The translations under genes were made by a program, and so were the position numbers. A stretch of 58,555 nucleotides of DNA from Seison nebaliae (Eukaryota), in contig JALJEE010003272.1 of NCBI GenBank assembly GCA_023231475.1, positions 1 to 58,555 on the forward strand. The letters run 5' to 3'. Of the stretch, positions 42,096-54,900 are shown one piece after another. Position 1 is the stretch's first letter; the number at the start of each line of letters is the position of its first letter. A model generated the notes under the pieces. The model worked only from the letters and a program-made list of their open reading frames with translations, made no database searches and was not told the origin of the DNA.

Positions 42096-44401
42096 TCACT
42101 TATTTCGTTCGTCATGTAATTTTTCCAGATATCGATTCCTCGACACATCATGTCCATATAAGAGGTCTGACGTTTTCGCTTGAAAGAGAGAATATTGAAT
42201 TTCGTTCACGTACAAAATTTGTCTCATCATCCCGTCAATTCTCTCCAATTCCAACGGAACATTCTCGAACCATTTCTCTTCACTCACAACATTCATATTT
42301 ATCCCATCACTCACCAAACGATTATGATCCATTTGAATATCGTTAGGAATACTCTCCTCTGGTAATCCGTCGTCATATCGTTCAATTCCTGTACTGGGCA
42401 ATTCCAAATTTGCCGGTTTTAAATAATAAGAATTTTGTTCGTTCGATATTTCTGGAGGGAAATTTGGACTGAATTTCAAATTAGAATATCATCAAATTAA
42501 ATAATTCCATTAACCATTTTTGAGCGTAGAACTCGTGAAGACGAACTGGACATTGTTGAGGCTTCCCCAAATTTTCCGTCACTTCCAACAATAAAACATA
42601 TCCATTGGGAATGTTATGTTTACCCAAATCTCAAATTAGATGAGAATAAATCGTTAAAATGATTTGAAATGAATAAAGAGGAACCTGTCGGTTTAGTCGT
42701 TGGGAAGAATCTTAATGAGAATGTATTGAATAAATGATTCGGTTGTCCACGTGGATAATGATTTCGGACATTTAATACTAATTGTTGACGAGTAATAAAA
42801 GAATGATCGAGAGCAGTTTGAACGAAAAAATGTTTCGTATTCAAATAAATTAATGTGAATAAAAGTGTGGCTGGTGTATGTGCTCCCAACATTCGAGCAT
42901 CGAATAAATTTTTTTCAGTTATTCGACATTTCTTCTCTAAAGCCCAAATATGTCATTTTATGGACGATTGTTGATGAATGAGATAAACCTGTAATGATAT
43001 TCTTCGACTGATGTTTCTTCAAATGTTTATCGAAAGTCAATTGGAATTCTTTGAATATTTCGTCTTGGAATATGTTTAATGCTCGATTATTCTCCACCAG
43101 ATAATATTGAATTCCTGGAAAATTTGAATTTTAACGGAAAATGGAAAATTTAATGGAACCGATTAATAAGAAGAATAAATATTCTCCTGATGGTGGCGCT
43201 TCAGTTGTCGTAATGTATTCAACGAATTCTCTCAGATAAACGTTCAATTCGACATCTGATAAAGTGATGAAATCTTTGAAATCTTTCGCTGTGAGAAAAG
43301 AATGAACATTTTTTGATATTTCATAAAATTCTCAACTTTCTTCATTGGATGATAAAAAATCGTGAAATTGCTCAACACCATATTGGAATTGTAAATCCGA
43401 TTGTCGAGGAGTTACCATCTGAATAAAATTAATTAAATTTTTTTTTCTTTAAAAAATTTATAACTTGTTGAATGACATCTTTGTAAAATTGACATCGTTT
43501 GGCAGGATGAATTGATTTATATGCAGCTAACTATGAGGAAAAAAAAAATTAAATAATTTGTTAAATAATTTGTAAAATAATCGAATTAATTAACTTGAAT
43601 ATCCTCCTGAATTTTCTTGGATGATTTGACTGATGTTGGAAGAAATATTGGAACCGGCACCGGTACCGGTATGAACATCGCCACTGGAGTATGAGTAGTA
43701 TACATAGCCATTGGTACGGGAACATTGTAAGGGACAGGAAGTGGTAGAACTCTCCAATTATCAGTATTAATCGAATTGGACGTTTGGAGATTGACGTCAC
43801 GTTTTAAGTGACGACACTCGATCAATTTGGATTGAGTTCTCGGATTACATTGAATTCCACAATTTCTGTAGATTTTTGTCTGAATTTTATTATTTGGGAA
43901 ATTGTCATTATATTTCCGTGGATAATTTTTATAATCGTCAAAATTATTCGATCCACTATCTCTCAATATGTTTCCCGACGGGATATTTTCCGTATCAAGA
44001 AAACCATTCTTTCCTGGAATCATATTCTTCCCACTACCAATCTGATTGGTTGTGGAAGAGATTGGATCATTTATGTTACTTCCTTCCACATCATCCATTC
44101 CACCATTATTATTATTATTGTTGTTGTTTTCGGATGTTGATTCATCGTCTCCCGTGGTTTGAACTAACATCGTTTTCACACCGTTTGTGACGATATAATT
44201 AAAACCAGATTTCGGACCGACTTGTTGCATAATATTCCTAATGTTACTATCAGTCATTTCCTGATCTTGTATGTCGATGATGACCACATTCTTCTGTCCA
44301 CTCTTACTCAATTTATCTACATATTTTTGGACATCAGGGGGGAGTGGTTTATCCGTTTCGCCCGTTTGTTCCACTTGTGACATATGACGCTCACCTTCCA
44401 T
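42096..44401 (-). CDS. ZMYM2/3/4 / Woc-like protein with Pro/Val-rich motif and DUF3504 (Crypton recombinase-derived) domain, ~649 aa, 8 exons; introns 43531-43594, 43419-43464, 43289-43336, 43115-43159, 42937-42988, 42630-42684, 42469-42514
   Basis: Motifs LPVPYNVPVPMAMY...PVPVPVPIFLPTS, LQFQYGV, LIGIQYYLVENNR, RITEKNLFDARMLGAHTPATLLFTLIYLNTKHF, CPVRLHEFYAQKCP and YYLKP...WFENVPL. The exons sum to 1950 nt in frame. Confidence 0.85.
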
Positions 44402-45480
44402 TATTCCTCACTACCAATCAATTACTTCACTCAATTAAATGAATTTTATTCAAATTGAACAAATTCGAAAACTAACAATATTTCAGAAATCTCCCACTTG
44501 ATCTCTTCTTCAATTTCGAATATTTTACCAATTCTTGTAAAAGATTGGCTCACAATCCACAAAGTTTATCGATTTCCTTAATTGTCTTCAAATACAAATG
44601 ATATTTCCTTTCTTTTCACAAACTATTAATTTTGTTCTTTCAAATCGCATTTTCGTCCCTCATTTTTCATCTACAATACATCCAATACATATTCTTAACT
44701 ATTTTTTTCATTTGAATTGTAAGCTTAGTTTTATAACATTTTCGTCTATCCCCACTTTTCATTTAGTGTACATAGAATCACTGTTCAAATCCTTTCTATA
44801 TTTTTCCTCTTTCACTCATTCTACTCTCTTACTCGTTAAGAATCATAAGTTTTAAGAATAATTTAACTGTTTGAGAAAAATAATTTCTATTATTATAACA
44901 ATTAGGAAGTACAATCACATTTGTTCGTTGTACAGAAATTTTCCCAAGCAATCATTTTCGTAAAATTCTGTTTGAATCATTAAAATAAAACCGTAATACA
45001 ACCTGAGTTTAGTATGAAAAATATAGTTTTAGATATTTTTTCCATTTTTCAGACTGACCTAGCAAATTTGGACTAACCTGAATAATAATTAAAATAAGAA
45101 ACATCTAAATTTTTGGTTCTTTTAGATTCTAAAATATCTTGTAAATTGTGGACAAATTGAAAATTTAAATTAATTTCATTGCTTCATAAAACTAATAAAT
45201 TTAAATATTGATTAGTTTAGAAACCTTAATAGGATAATTAATTTTTCAAAAGTTTATAGCTATGATTCATGTTCAAAAATTTAAGTTGCTTTGTTGTTAA
45301 AATTCAATATTTCTTATTGTTCTGACGACTTATCATAAAAGATATTTGGGTAAGATTAAAAGAAGAAAAAAATAATTTTCAGATAGATTTATAGTTTTCT
45401 AATGAATGAGTCAATAAGCTATTTTTGTAATGAAAGTAATGAATGAACTAAATAAGTGATGGAAATTTGAAGTGTTGGAT

Positions 45481-45491
45481 GGGGGGGGGGG
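45481..45491 (+). repeat. G11 homopolymer in the divergent intergenic region between the ZMYM-like and PKD1-like genes
   Basis: A run of 11 G in otherwise AT-rich DNA. Confidence 0.8.
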
Positions 45492-45981
45492 AAATTGATT
45501 AGAAAATGAAACATTGAAAAAAGTTTCATGGAAATGATGTTGTTTCGATGAAAAATGGACACACTTTGTCAATGACACCTATATTGGGAAGGACCATTTT
45601 AATATCGAGAGTCGTGTTTTGCCCTCAGGAGTATTAGACGGAAAATTTCCAATGTTATTAGATGGAACGAAAACAATCAAAAAAGATTGTGTTGATGGGA
45701 AATTTTGATATGAATAATTCGGGGGATATTTCCTTTTCATCGATAACAATTCCGTTACGTAATGACATGAGTCGAATTACTTTAATGTACAGACAAATTT
45801 GTGCTACTCCCAATTGGATTGAATTATTGATAGGTCGTTGTGCAAAAGAACGTTCAGAATTCGTTCATTCTCTCTCATTTAAATGAGAAGAATGAGAAAT
45901 ATTCTTTTATTCGATACATTTCTCTGAAAAAATTTTCAGTGAAAAATATCATTATTTCGCGCAAAACAAGTCGATGAAATT

Positions 45982-48900
45982 ATGTTTCTCATAATTTCTA
46001 TTCTTTATTTCTTCCTCATGCCCAATGGACAAGTATTGTCGATTGGTTATGAGGAAGTGACGACAATTCAGGAACGTTCGGAAGATATTCTGTTGAATTT
46101 GAAGAAAGTTCAGTCGTGTTCGGAGGTCGAACCCTGGAAGTTGTTTCGTTTTGACTTATCAGAAATTGATTGTTTTAATGATTTTGAGAATTTCGAGAAA
46201 TCATGCAAAGTTAATCATTTTTATAATCAAAATATATTTAAATAAATTTTTTCAAAATTTTTTCAAAATTCCTTGGAAATGTTAGAACGGATTCTCGATA
46301 ACTTTACAATTGAGATTGAATAAGGAATTTATGAATGGAACATCTCTGATTAATCCGTCAAAACTTTTATTTAGTACGGGAGGAACAGATTTCAGTAATG
46401 TTGGTGGTGTCTTCATTCAACAAAAGTTATCTGATGGAAATGAACGGTTACAAATCGGAGTATTCTTACGGAAAGAACTTTGGACGAATGAAGTTTTTTT
46501 TTTATATCGTCAAATTTATTTTCATTCATTCTCAATAGTTATATGTTCCGATGACATCAGTTATTCGTCTATCAATTGTTGTTACAAATGATCTGAGAAT
46601 TTTTTTATATGCAGATGGATTACAAGTTCATACGAGTATCAAAAATCAGAAACGATCATATTCTTCTAACACCACAAATCTCCAACAGAAGACAAATGAG
46701 ATGATCATTCGAGATACAGGATCTGGTGCTTGTGTCAACCCACCTGAAATGACGACAATCGAACAAGTGATATTGATTGATCGAACGATGACTCGAAAAG
46801 ATTTTTTGAAAACGAAAAAAGATTATTATTTCGGATGTGCTACATTGCTAGAAGATGTAGATGATGATTCTTTATTACAATTGAAAGTGAAAGAAGAAAG
46901 TGGTGACGACGAAATATTTTTATGTCGTGTCGGCTGTGCAGAAAAAGGACGTCAATATCAATATGCGATTTGTCGTCCGGGAAAGACGATTTGTGTCGAG
47001 AAAAATATCGAGAATTATTTTCGTATGGAAAAAAATGTGAATTTGGAGAAATGTTTTTCCAATTATGTGAAAGAGAAACCTGATTTTTATCGAGCTTTTC
47101 GCACCAGTGTCGAAGCGTCGTTACCCGAATTAGATATTCAATTATCAATCGCTTTTATTGAAATGAATGAATTGCATCCAAATTTTCAAATAGATGAATT
47201 TGCCACCAGTTCAAATCAAGTCAATGAATCGATCGCTAATTTACAAGAGGTTTTCTGGATGGTCGAAGAAGGTTTCCCTATTGCACTTAATGTCAGTGTA
47301 AAATACAAGAGTGTTCGCACTTGGGTCGATTGGGGTGACGGGACGAAAATGAAAGAATATTCACCATCAATTACGATTTATAAATATAAAAAATCGGCTA
47401 ATTATACGATATTAGTTCAAGCTAAATCTGAAGTTACTCAAGATCAACAAAACATTACGGCTGTAGTTTGGGTGACACCAAAACGTGATGTTTCTGACAC
47501 GAACATAATTGCCGTTGAAGTTCTCCAGAATATTGGAGAAAATAATCAATTATTGAGGAATATGGATATTCGGGCATTTGTAGCTGGTGGAATGCCGATC
47601 ACTTGTGAAATTCTTCCAAATGATCCGAGAAAGAAAATTTCCCTCTTTTCACCACCATCAAAACTCGTTGCTTATACACCGGAAGATAGATATCTCAATT
47701 TTACTTTATCATATAATTATACGAATTATGGTTTATATCAAATGAATATTACATGCACTAATGAATTCTCAACGGCTAATTCACGTCCACAAGTTATTGT
47801 CAGGAAACAACAAGAAATTTATCATTATGATTTATATGAGAATTATGAGAATGATAAAATTCTATTACCGTTAATTGATGGTTTCATGATTGAGACGTTA
47901 GATTTCGTCTTGTTAAATGTTAAGACACCAGTTAATGGTAAGATGATAACTTATCGTGTGAACGATTTGAAATTATTAAATAATTCGTTTATCGAAGTAA
48001 ATAAGAAAAAATTAGGATTGGCTCCAGGAACTTATTTGTTCCAGTTATTGGCGTTCAAATTTGTCGTTCTCGTCAACTATCAAGTGACGATTGAGAAACC
48101 GATAGAAGTGGAAAATAAGTCGTGGTTGAAATCGTTAGAGAAGAGTAATGTGGTAAAACCGATGGAAGAAATCATCATAACGGTAGAAGTTCAAAAAGGA
48201 TCTCATATCATTTATTTGGTGGAATGGAATTTCTTACGGAATAATTCCCAGTTATTATTGGATGCGATCAATATGCAGAATCAGACATTAACTAATTTAA
48301 CGAAATTAGAAGAAGAACTTTCTTCACTTTTTCCTCATCAATTATTTATGATGATATTCGTTGTGAATGGAATGAATTCGAATCAGAAATTCGCTTTCGC
48401 TTATCCTCCCCAATTGATTGGTGAGAGAATTGTTCGAGTGACGATCATGAATCACTTCTCTCAGAAACAATCATATTTACGATTTGACGTTCAATCTCCT
48501 TTACCAGAAATAACTAATTTAAATTTATCCACTACAAATGTTCAGTCGTTGGATGATGAAATATCATTTGAATTACAATTGGGAGATAAAACTTCTGATG
48601 TTCCTTCGTTATCGAAAGAACGACAATCGGATGATACAATTCATGGCGGATTGAATCTCGCTCAATATTGGGCGAACAATCTGAAGAAAGTTCCGAGACA
48701 ATTCTCTGGAAATGTCTCTTTGTATGTTGGTGATCGATTATGTAAAACATTTCCTTGGTCGAATGTTGGTAATCCGAATAAGAAGATTGCACTTCCCAAA
48801 GGCAAATGGTTCGACGATTTCGGTAAACATAATATTAGTATCATCTTCTCCAATCGAGTTTCAACACATCAATTATCGATGAATATGGTGGTGGGAGAGG

Positions 48901-51900
48901 AGATGGGAAATCTTGGTTGGTTATCGATTGAGAAACCGATTATAAATTTAGGCGAGAAAAAAGTGAATGAAAAACCAATCCAATTTACTGTTGGTTGGAA
49001 GAAAGGACGTGGATTTGATTTATATTTGAAATTCACTAAGGATAAAACGGTGGACGGTGAAGAAATATCGGAAGAAGACGGTTTCTCTCAATTGATGATT
49101 CGTGGAAAGACCTTACAAAAAGCGGTAAAAAATCCAAATGCGATAACGGCGTTAGATGAAATTTGGTATTATTATTACGAGAAACATTTCAATCGAGATA
49201 TCAGGAAAATGGAATGGCGATTAATGAAAAATCAATTGCCTATTAATTCCGTTTTGGCGAATTATAGTGAGACGAAAATTGACAAAGATATCAAAGTTAA
49301 TATCGTCAAATTATTCTTGTCGGAATCAGCAGAAAAAACTCTATTCTCATTAAAACCGGATTATACGAAAACGAAAGGAATCATTCACAGTTATCGAGTG
49401 GCGGCTGAATTTCGTACAGATTTCAATTCACTTCATGTCTCGTCATGTCTTCCTTTGTCGGTAATTCGAACGAAAGTTAAATTATTGAAATTGAAAGATT
49501 GTTTCGTTGTATATTTGAAACAACAAGATCTTCTCGTCGGAGATATGAAACGATTAAACGGAAATTATTTAGAGAAATCTTATTTGTATGAATATCTCAT
49601 CGAAATGATTCCGTCATGTCCACTCTTGAAAATTATTCCAAATAAATTAAAAATTGAATTAGCTAAATATATTTTATTCGATTTCGAAATTAAAACGAGA
49701 CGTTCTGGTCGAACATTCTCGAGAATGTTGAAATCGGAAATGATTCCAGATAAACGGTTTGAAGAGAAGCAATTCGATTCTACTCGTTTCAACACATTTC
49801 AATCTTATTGTTTATCGTCAGTACAATCGAAACATTATATTCGAAAACCGTTCAATGACGACGAGGGAACATTTCGAAAAGTGAAAGAAAATATTCAATT
49901 TCCGAGAACGAGATTTTTGATTAATGTCAAAGAAGATTTTCTAATTGGCGACGAAATTGTTCTACATTTGAATGTGAAATTTTTGACGGGAAAAAAATTG
50001 AAAATGGAACATGAAAATAATATGGTAAGTATTCGAGAGCAGAAAGCAGAAGCATTTCATTATCGACATTTAGATCATTCGGTTTATTATGATTTCCTTT
50101 TTTCAGAGACGAAATATTTCACTATAATTCGTCCTTGGATCAAAGCGGAAATTGGAGGGGGTCCAATTCAATCAGTTCAACCATTTTCACCTATCACATT
50201 AAATTTTATAGAACAATCGATTTATCCTTTAAGCGGAGAGATGACAAAAGTGAATTATCATTATGATTTGACATGTCTCCCGAAGAAGTTGATGGATTCG
50301 ATTAAATATTCCGATGTCACAAATCAAATTGTTTATGATACGAACAATATTTATACACATCTCAGAGAGTTCTGGCCGGAAATATATTCGGATGAGAAAT
50401 TAAATTTGAAAATTTATGATTTGGGTTGTATAACTAATGACATCGATCAACAACTATTGAGTGATGGAATGAATTATGATGAGAGTTCAAAGATATTTAG
50501 TTGGCAATCTGAATTTCTTGATATGTCTAATGGAACTTTAACGATTGAATTGCGTGTTTGGTCTGATGATAAATTGTCGGAAATGATGGATTGTGAAAAT
50601 GGTGTCATATCTCCCGAACTCTCCATCAATCCATGTGATAATGTTTATGAAATACATGATGGGAAGTTCGTGCAGGATTTATTTTTGAATGAGACTATCG
50701 ACGAATTAGATTTCGAGGCATTAGACGCTCAAGCAGATCGTATTGATGAAATTGCAAAAAAAGATCCAAAAACAGCCTTGAAAGTTATCGATAAATTAGC
50801 TGCTACAATGAATCGTGTAAGTTTCAATCCGAATAAAACAATAACAACAACAACAACCACCACCACTACCACCACAACGACAACGACGACAACAACCGAA
50901 ATGATGACGACAACTGGATTATGGTTAAATTCCACCACCGTCGTCCTGAAGAGTGGAGAGAAAGTGAATGCCAATAAGAAATTGGGATCGATTCGTAAAA
51001 AAGTTCTGACGACTGTCGATGATATGGTGGATAAAGTGTCGACCGATGCTAATTTAGTGAAAGGAACTGCTGAAGCTGCTAAATCGTTAACGGAGAATCC
51101 GAGACAAATGCCGAAAGATAATCGAGATAAAGGAGCAAATATCGTAGAGAAGATTGGAAAGAATGCAGAAGGAATGACAGACGAAGATGATGATGTTGTT
51201 GATGGTATGTCAATTAATGTGTTGAATGCCGGAGGGAATTTGATGGAAGCAGCTGATACCAATGTTCCACCCGTGTTAGATGAGAGACCAAAGGACATGC
51301 CAGATTTGGAAGCGGAAGATCGAGCGAAAGCTCTAAAGGATTCTATGCCAGCGAAAATTGCAGCGCCATTAGAATATTACGAATGTGATGATTGTGAAGA
51401 TTTTCCTGAAGAACGATATGAAGTCGTCAAACAAACGAAAGAAATAACTAAGAAAAAATTCGATATCGAACGAGAAGACGTTGCCATGATGAGTAGAAAG
51501 ACAGATAATGGAATCAATGGAATTGCTAAAGTTCTCACAAGAAAATTGGACAAAATTGAATTTACAACTGAAAATCCATCGAATTCCATCATCATCACCA
51601 CCACTATCGGAACCACAACGATTAGCATTCGTTCAACCACTATCACCACCGATGATGGAATTATGTTGAAGAAAGAGAAAATCATAAAAGCGAACGGAGT
51701 CATTTTATCTGTTTCGGTTATTAGTGAAAATGCGACAAATAACGATCAGGATTTCTCTACTGGTGATTCGAAAGTGAATATGCCCCCAATAAACGGAAAT
51801 ATTAGTAGTTCGAAATTTCTAGTGACGAAAAGTAATCCGCATGTTAATTCGGATTCCGCTTCCAAAATTAAAAGTCCCATCGTAACATTCGCATTAAATA

Positions 51901-54900
51901 ATGAGGATGGAACTGAACTGAAAATTAATGGAACGAAAAAACCATTCCAGATATTCGTACCATCAACATCACCAGAACCGGAATTCGTAAAATATTCGAT
52001 AATTCGAGGTAGTGCTCGAAGTGTTCCAGATGATCGAATGAATGTGAGTAATTTCAATGAATCGAATATTTCTCATTATGAAACAACAACGGAAAAGATG
52101 ATTGAAATTGATGAAGATGATTTGAAAATCGTTTCAACTATTCAACAAAAATCTGCTACCGATTCAATGAAACCACACATGAATGAATATATTCGATATA
52201 CGAAGATTTATATTCCAGATAACGATTCCGCTTTACACGTTCAATTAGTTCCAGAGAATCTGAATGATATTTATCATATTTATATCAAATTTGGGGGAAG
52301 AAGAAACTATTCACCACATGATAATGATTTCGATTATTTATTTACCATTCCGAATAATCGATATCCATTTGAAACCTTTGAACAATTTGAAGATAATTGT
52401 CGAAATGTTAATTTTATTTTTGAAATTTTATTTTTAGATAAATTATAATTTAGATCAATTTCCATTCTGATGACGGTTTTTTCGATGAAAAACCGGTAAA
52501 TAAATCGATGGATAATATGATGAAGGATTGTAAGATGGTTGATACGCAATTAAAATTCAAATATTTGAAATATTCATTCATCATCTCAAACAACGATACG
52601 AAAGGAGTTGGCAATTACATTTTGGGCATTCAATTATTTAGTTAGTGAAATTCGAAAAATTTTTAAACTTTACTTCCTAAAATTCGCCTTTAGAAAATAG
52701 AAAATTTAATTTCAATAATTCTGGCCTCTATCGGACATCGTTCCAATTTCGAAGTTTCATTTCTGGTTGTCGTTATTGGAATGAGTTGGATAAGAATTGG
52801 AAGACAGATGGGTGTCAAGTTGGAGCGTATTCGACTTATATGAATACTGAATGTCTTTGTAATCACTTGACGGCGTTTGGTGGAGATTTTTATGTTCCTC
52901 CCAACTCCATCGATTTTTCCACCGTATTTTTGAAGTTTAAAGATTTGAGTAATAATGCAGCGGTATTCGGAACAGTTTTTGCTATTATTGGTGTTTATAT
53001 ATTAGTGGCAATTTGGGCGAGACGAGCGGATAAAAACGATCAAATAAAATGGGAAAATTATCCGTTAGTCGATAACGTACCATCAGATCGTGGACGATAT
53101 TTATTAAGTATTTATACGGGATTGAAGTCAGATGCACAAACTGAATCGAAAATTGGATTTATTCTGAGCGGAGAAAAATCGGATTCTGGTATACGACAAT
53201 TATACGATGGTCGACGGAAAACAATGAGTAAGGGAGGTATTTTCAATTATGTATGTACAACAGACAAACATTTAGGTGCGTTGAATTATTTGAGAATTTG
53301 GCATGATAATTCGGGGAAAGGAGCTGCCGCTTCCTGGTATTTCAAAATGATGATCGTTATTGATATGTTGACAGGTGAACGATATTGTTTCTTATGTGAG
53401 AAATGGTTGGCAGTGGAGAAGGATGACGGAGAAATTGAACGAATAGTTCCAGTTGCTAATAATGAAGAATTGAGTTCATTTAATCATTTGTTCAATTCAT
53501 CAGTCAGGAAGAAATTTTCTGATCAACATTTATGGTTTTCTGTCGTTTCCAGACCATCGAGATCATCATTCACTCGATTACAACGTGTGTCATGTTGTCT
53601 GACATTATTGATGGCGACGATGATCGCCAACGCCATGTTCTATAGAAGTGAGAAGAAAGTTGGGAAGAAATTAACAGCGATCAATATCGGTCCCATTTCC
53701 ATCACGATGACTCAAATTTATACTAGTTTCATTAGTGCCCTAATTGTGGCACCAGTGAATATTATGATAGCTCTTTTATTCCGTAAAGCGAAGACAAAAG
53801 AAGAACATTCGAAAGAAATGAAAACGGAATCTCAAGAATCGTTGACAGACAAATCGGCCAATACGGAACCGAATTTTTCGTGTATGAGAAAATTCTGGAA
53901 TAGAATTTGTGGAAAGAATGCAACAAATGTCGAGGAATCATATGTATCTGCTCAGTCTGATGATGGTAATGTAAATATCGATGAAGCTTTGAAATATGAA
54001 AATAAGACCAATATACGGACGTGGCCGTATTGGTGTACATATGTTGGTTGGGTGTTGGTTGGGCTTGTCGTCTTAGTTTCGGGATTTTTCATAATTCTCT
54101 ATTCGTTGGAATGGGGTAAAGAGAAAGCGGAAGGTTGGCTCGTCAATATGATGTTGTCATTCTTCCAAAGTGTTCTAGTAATCGATCCGATTAAAGTCTT
54201 CATAATTACAGCTATTATTTCATGTTTAATTAAGAAACCACAAATGACAGGCGACGACAGTGAATTGGATGATGCAATAACATCGACAAAATTATTGATT
54301 GCACCAAATACATTGAAAGAAGCGAAAGAATCGAAGAATAAGAAGGAATATTATCGAGGAATTATCAGAAAAAGGAAAATGATTCGTAATGTGAATAGCG
54401 GTGATTCGGTGAATCGAGATCTGGTAAATACACCGTCGAAAAGTGAATTGTTAAAGGCGAGAACTAAACGATTGAAAGATAAACAAGTGGCGAATGTGTT
54501 GAAAGAAATCGGATTCTATTTCATTTATTGTATCGTTCTCTTCTTTCTTTGTAACCATAATCGTGATTCCAATTCACATTATGTCTATACCGATATTCGT
54601 CGATTGTTCATTGATGGTCATTTCGATGGAGTAAAGAATCTGGATGATTTATGGAATTTTATGGAAAATCAAATGGTTACATCATTATATGCTGGAAAAT
54701 GGTATAATGGAGGAAGGATTCCTTGGCGGCAACGATTGATGATTAACGATCGTTCCAGTTTACGAGTTGGACCAGCGAGAATAAAACAACAACGAGTAAA
54801 ACCAGGTTCCATTTCTATATCATTATTAAATTTATGAAATTCTTTGAATTATTTTTTAATATTTCAATTTTTAATAATAATTAATTGTTTCTTGTAGACT

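Noticed and set aside
45662..45886. Short ORF upstream of the PKD1-like gene (also 15573-15773, 16598-16783, 32206-32436, 44598-44855, 58153-58368)
   Set aside because: No recognisable motif and composition typical of UTR/intergenic DNA; cannot be supported as coding.
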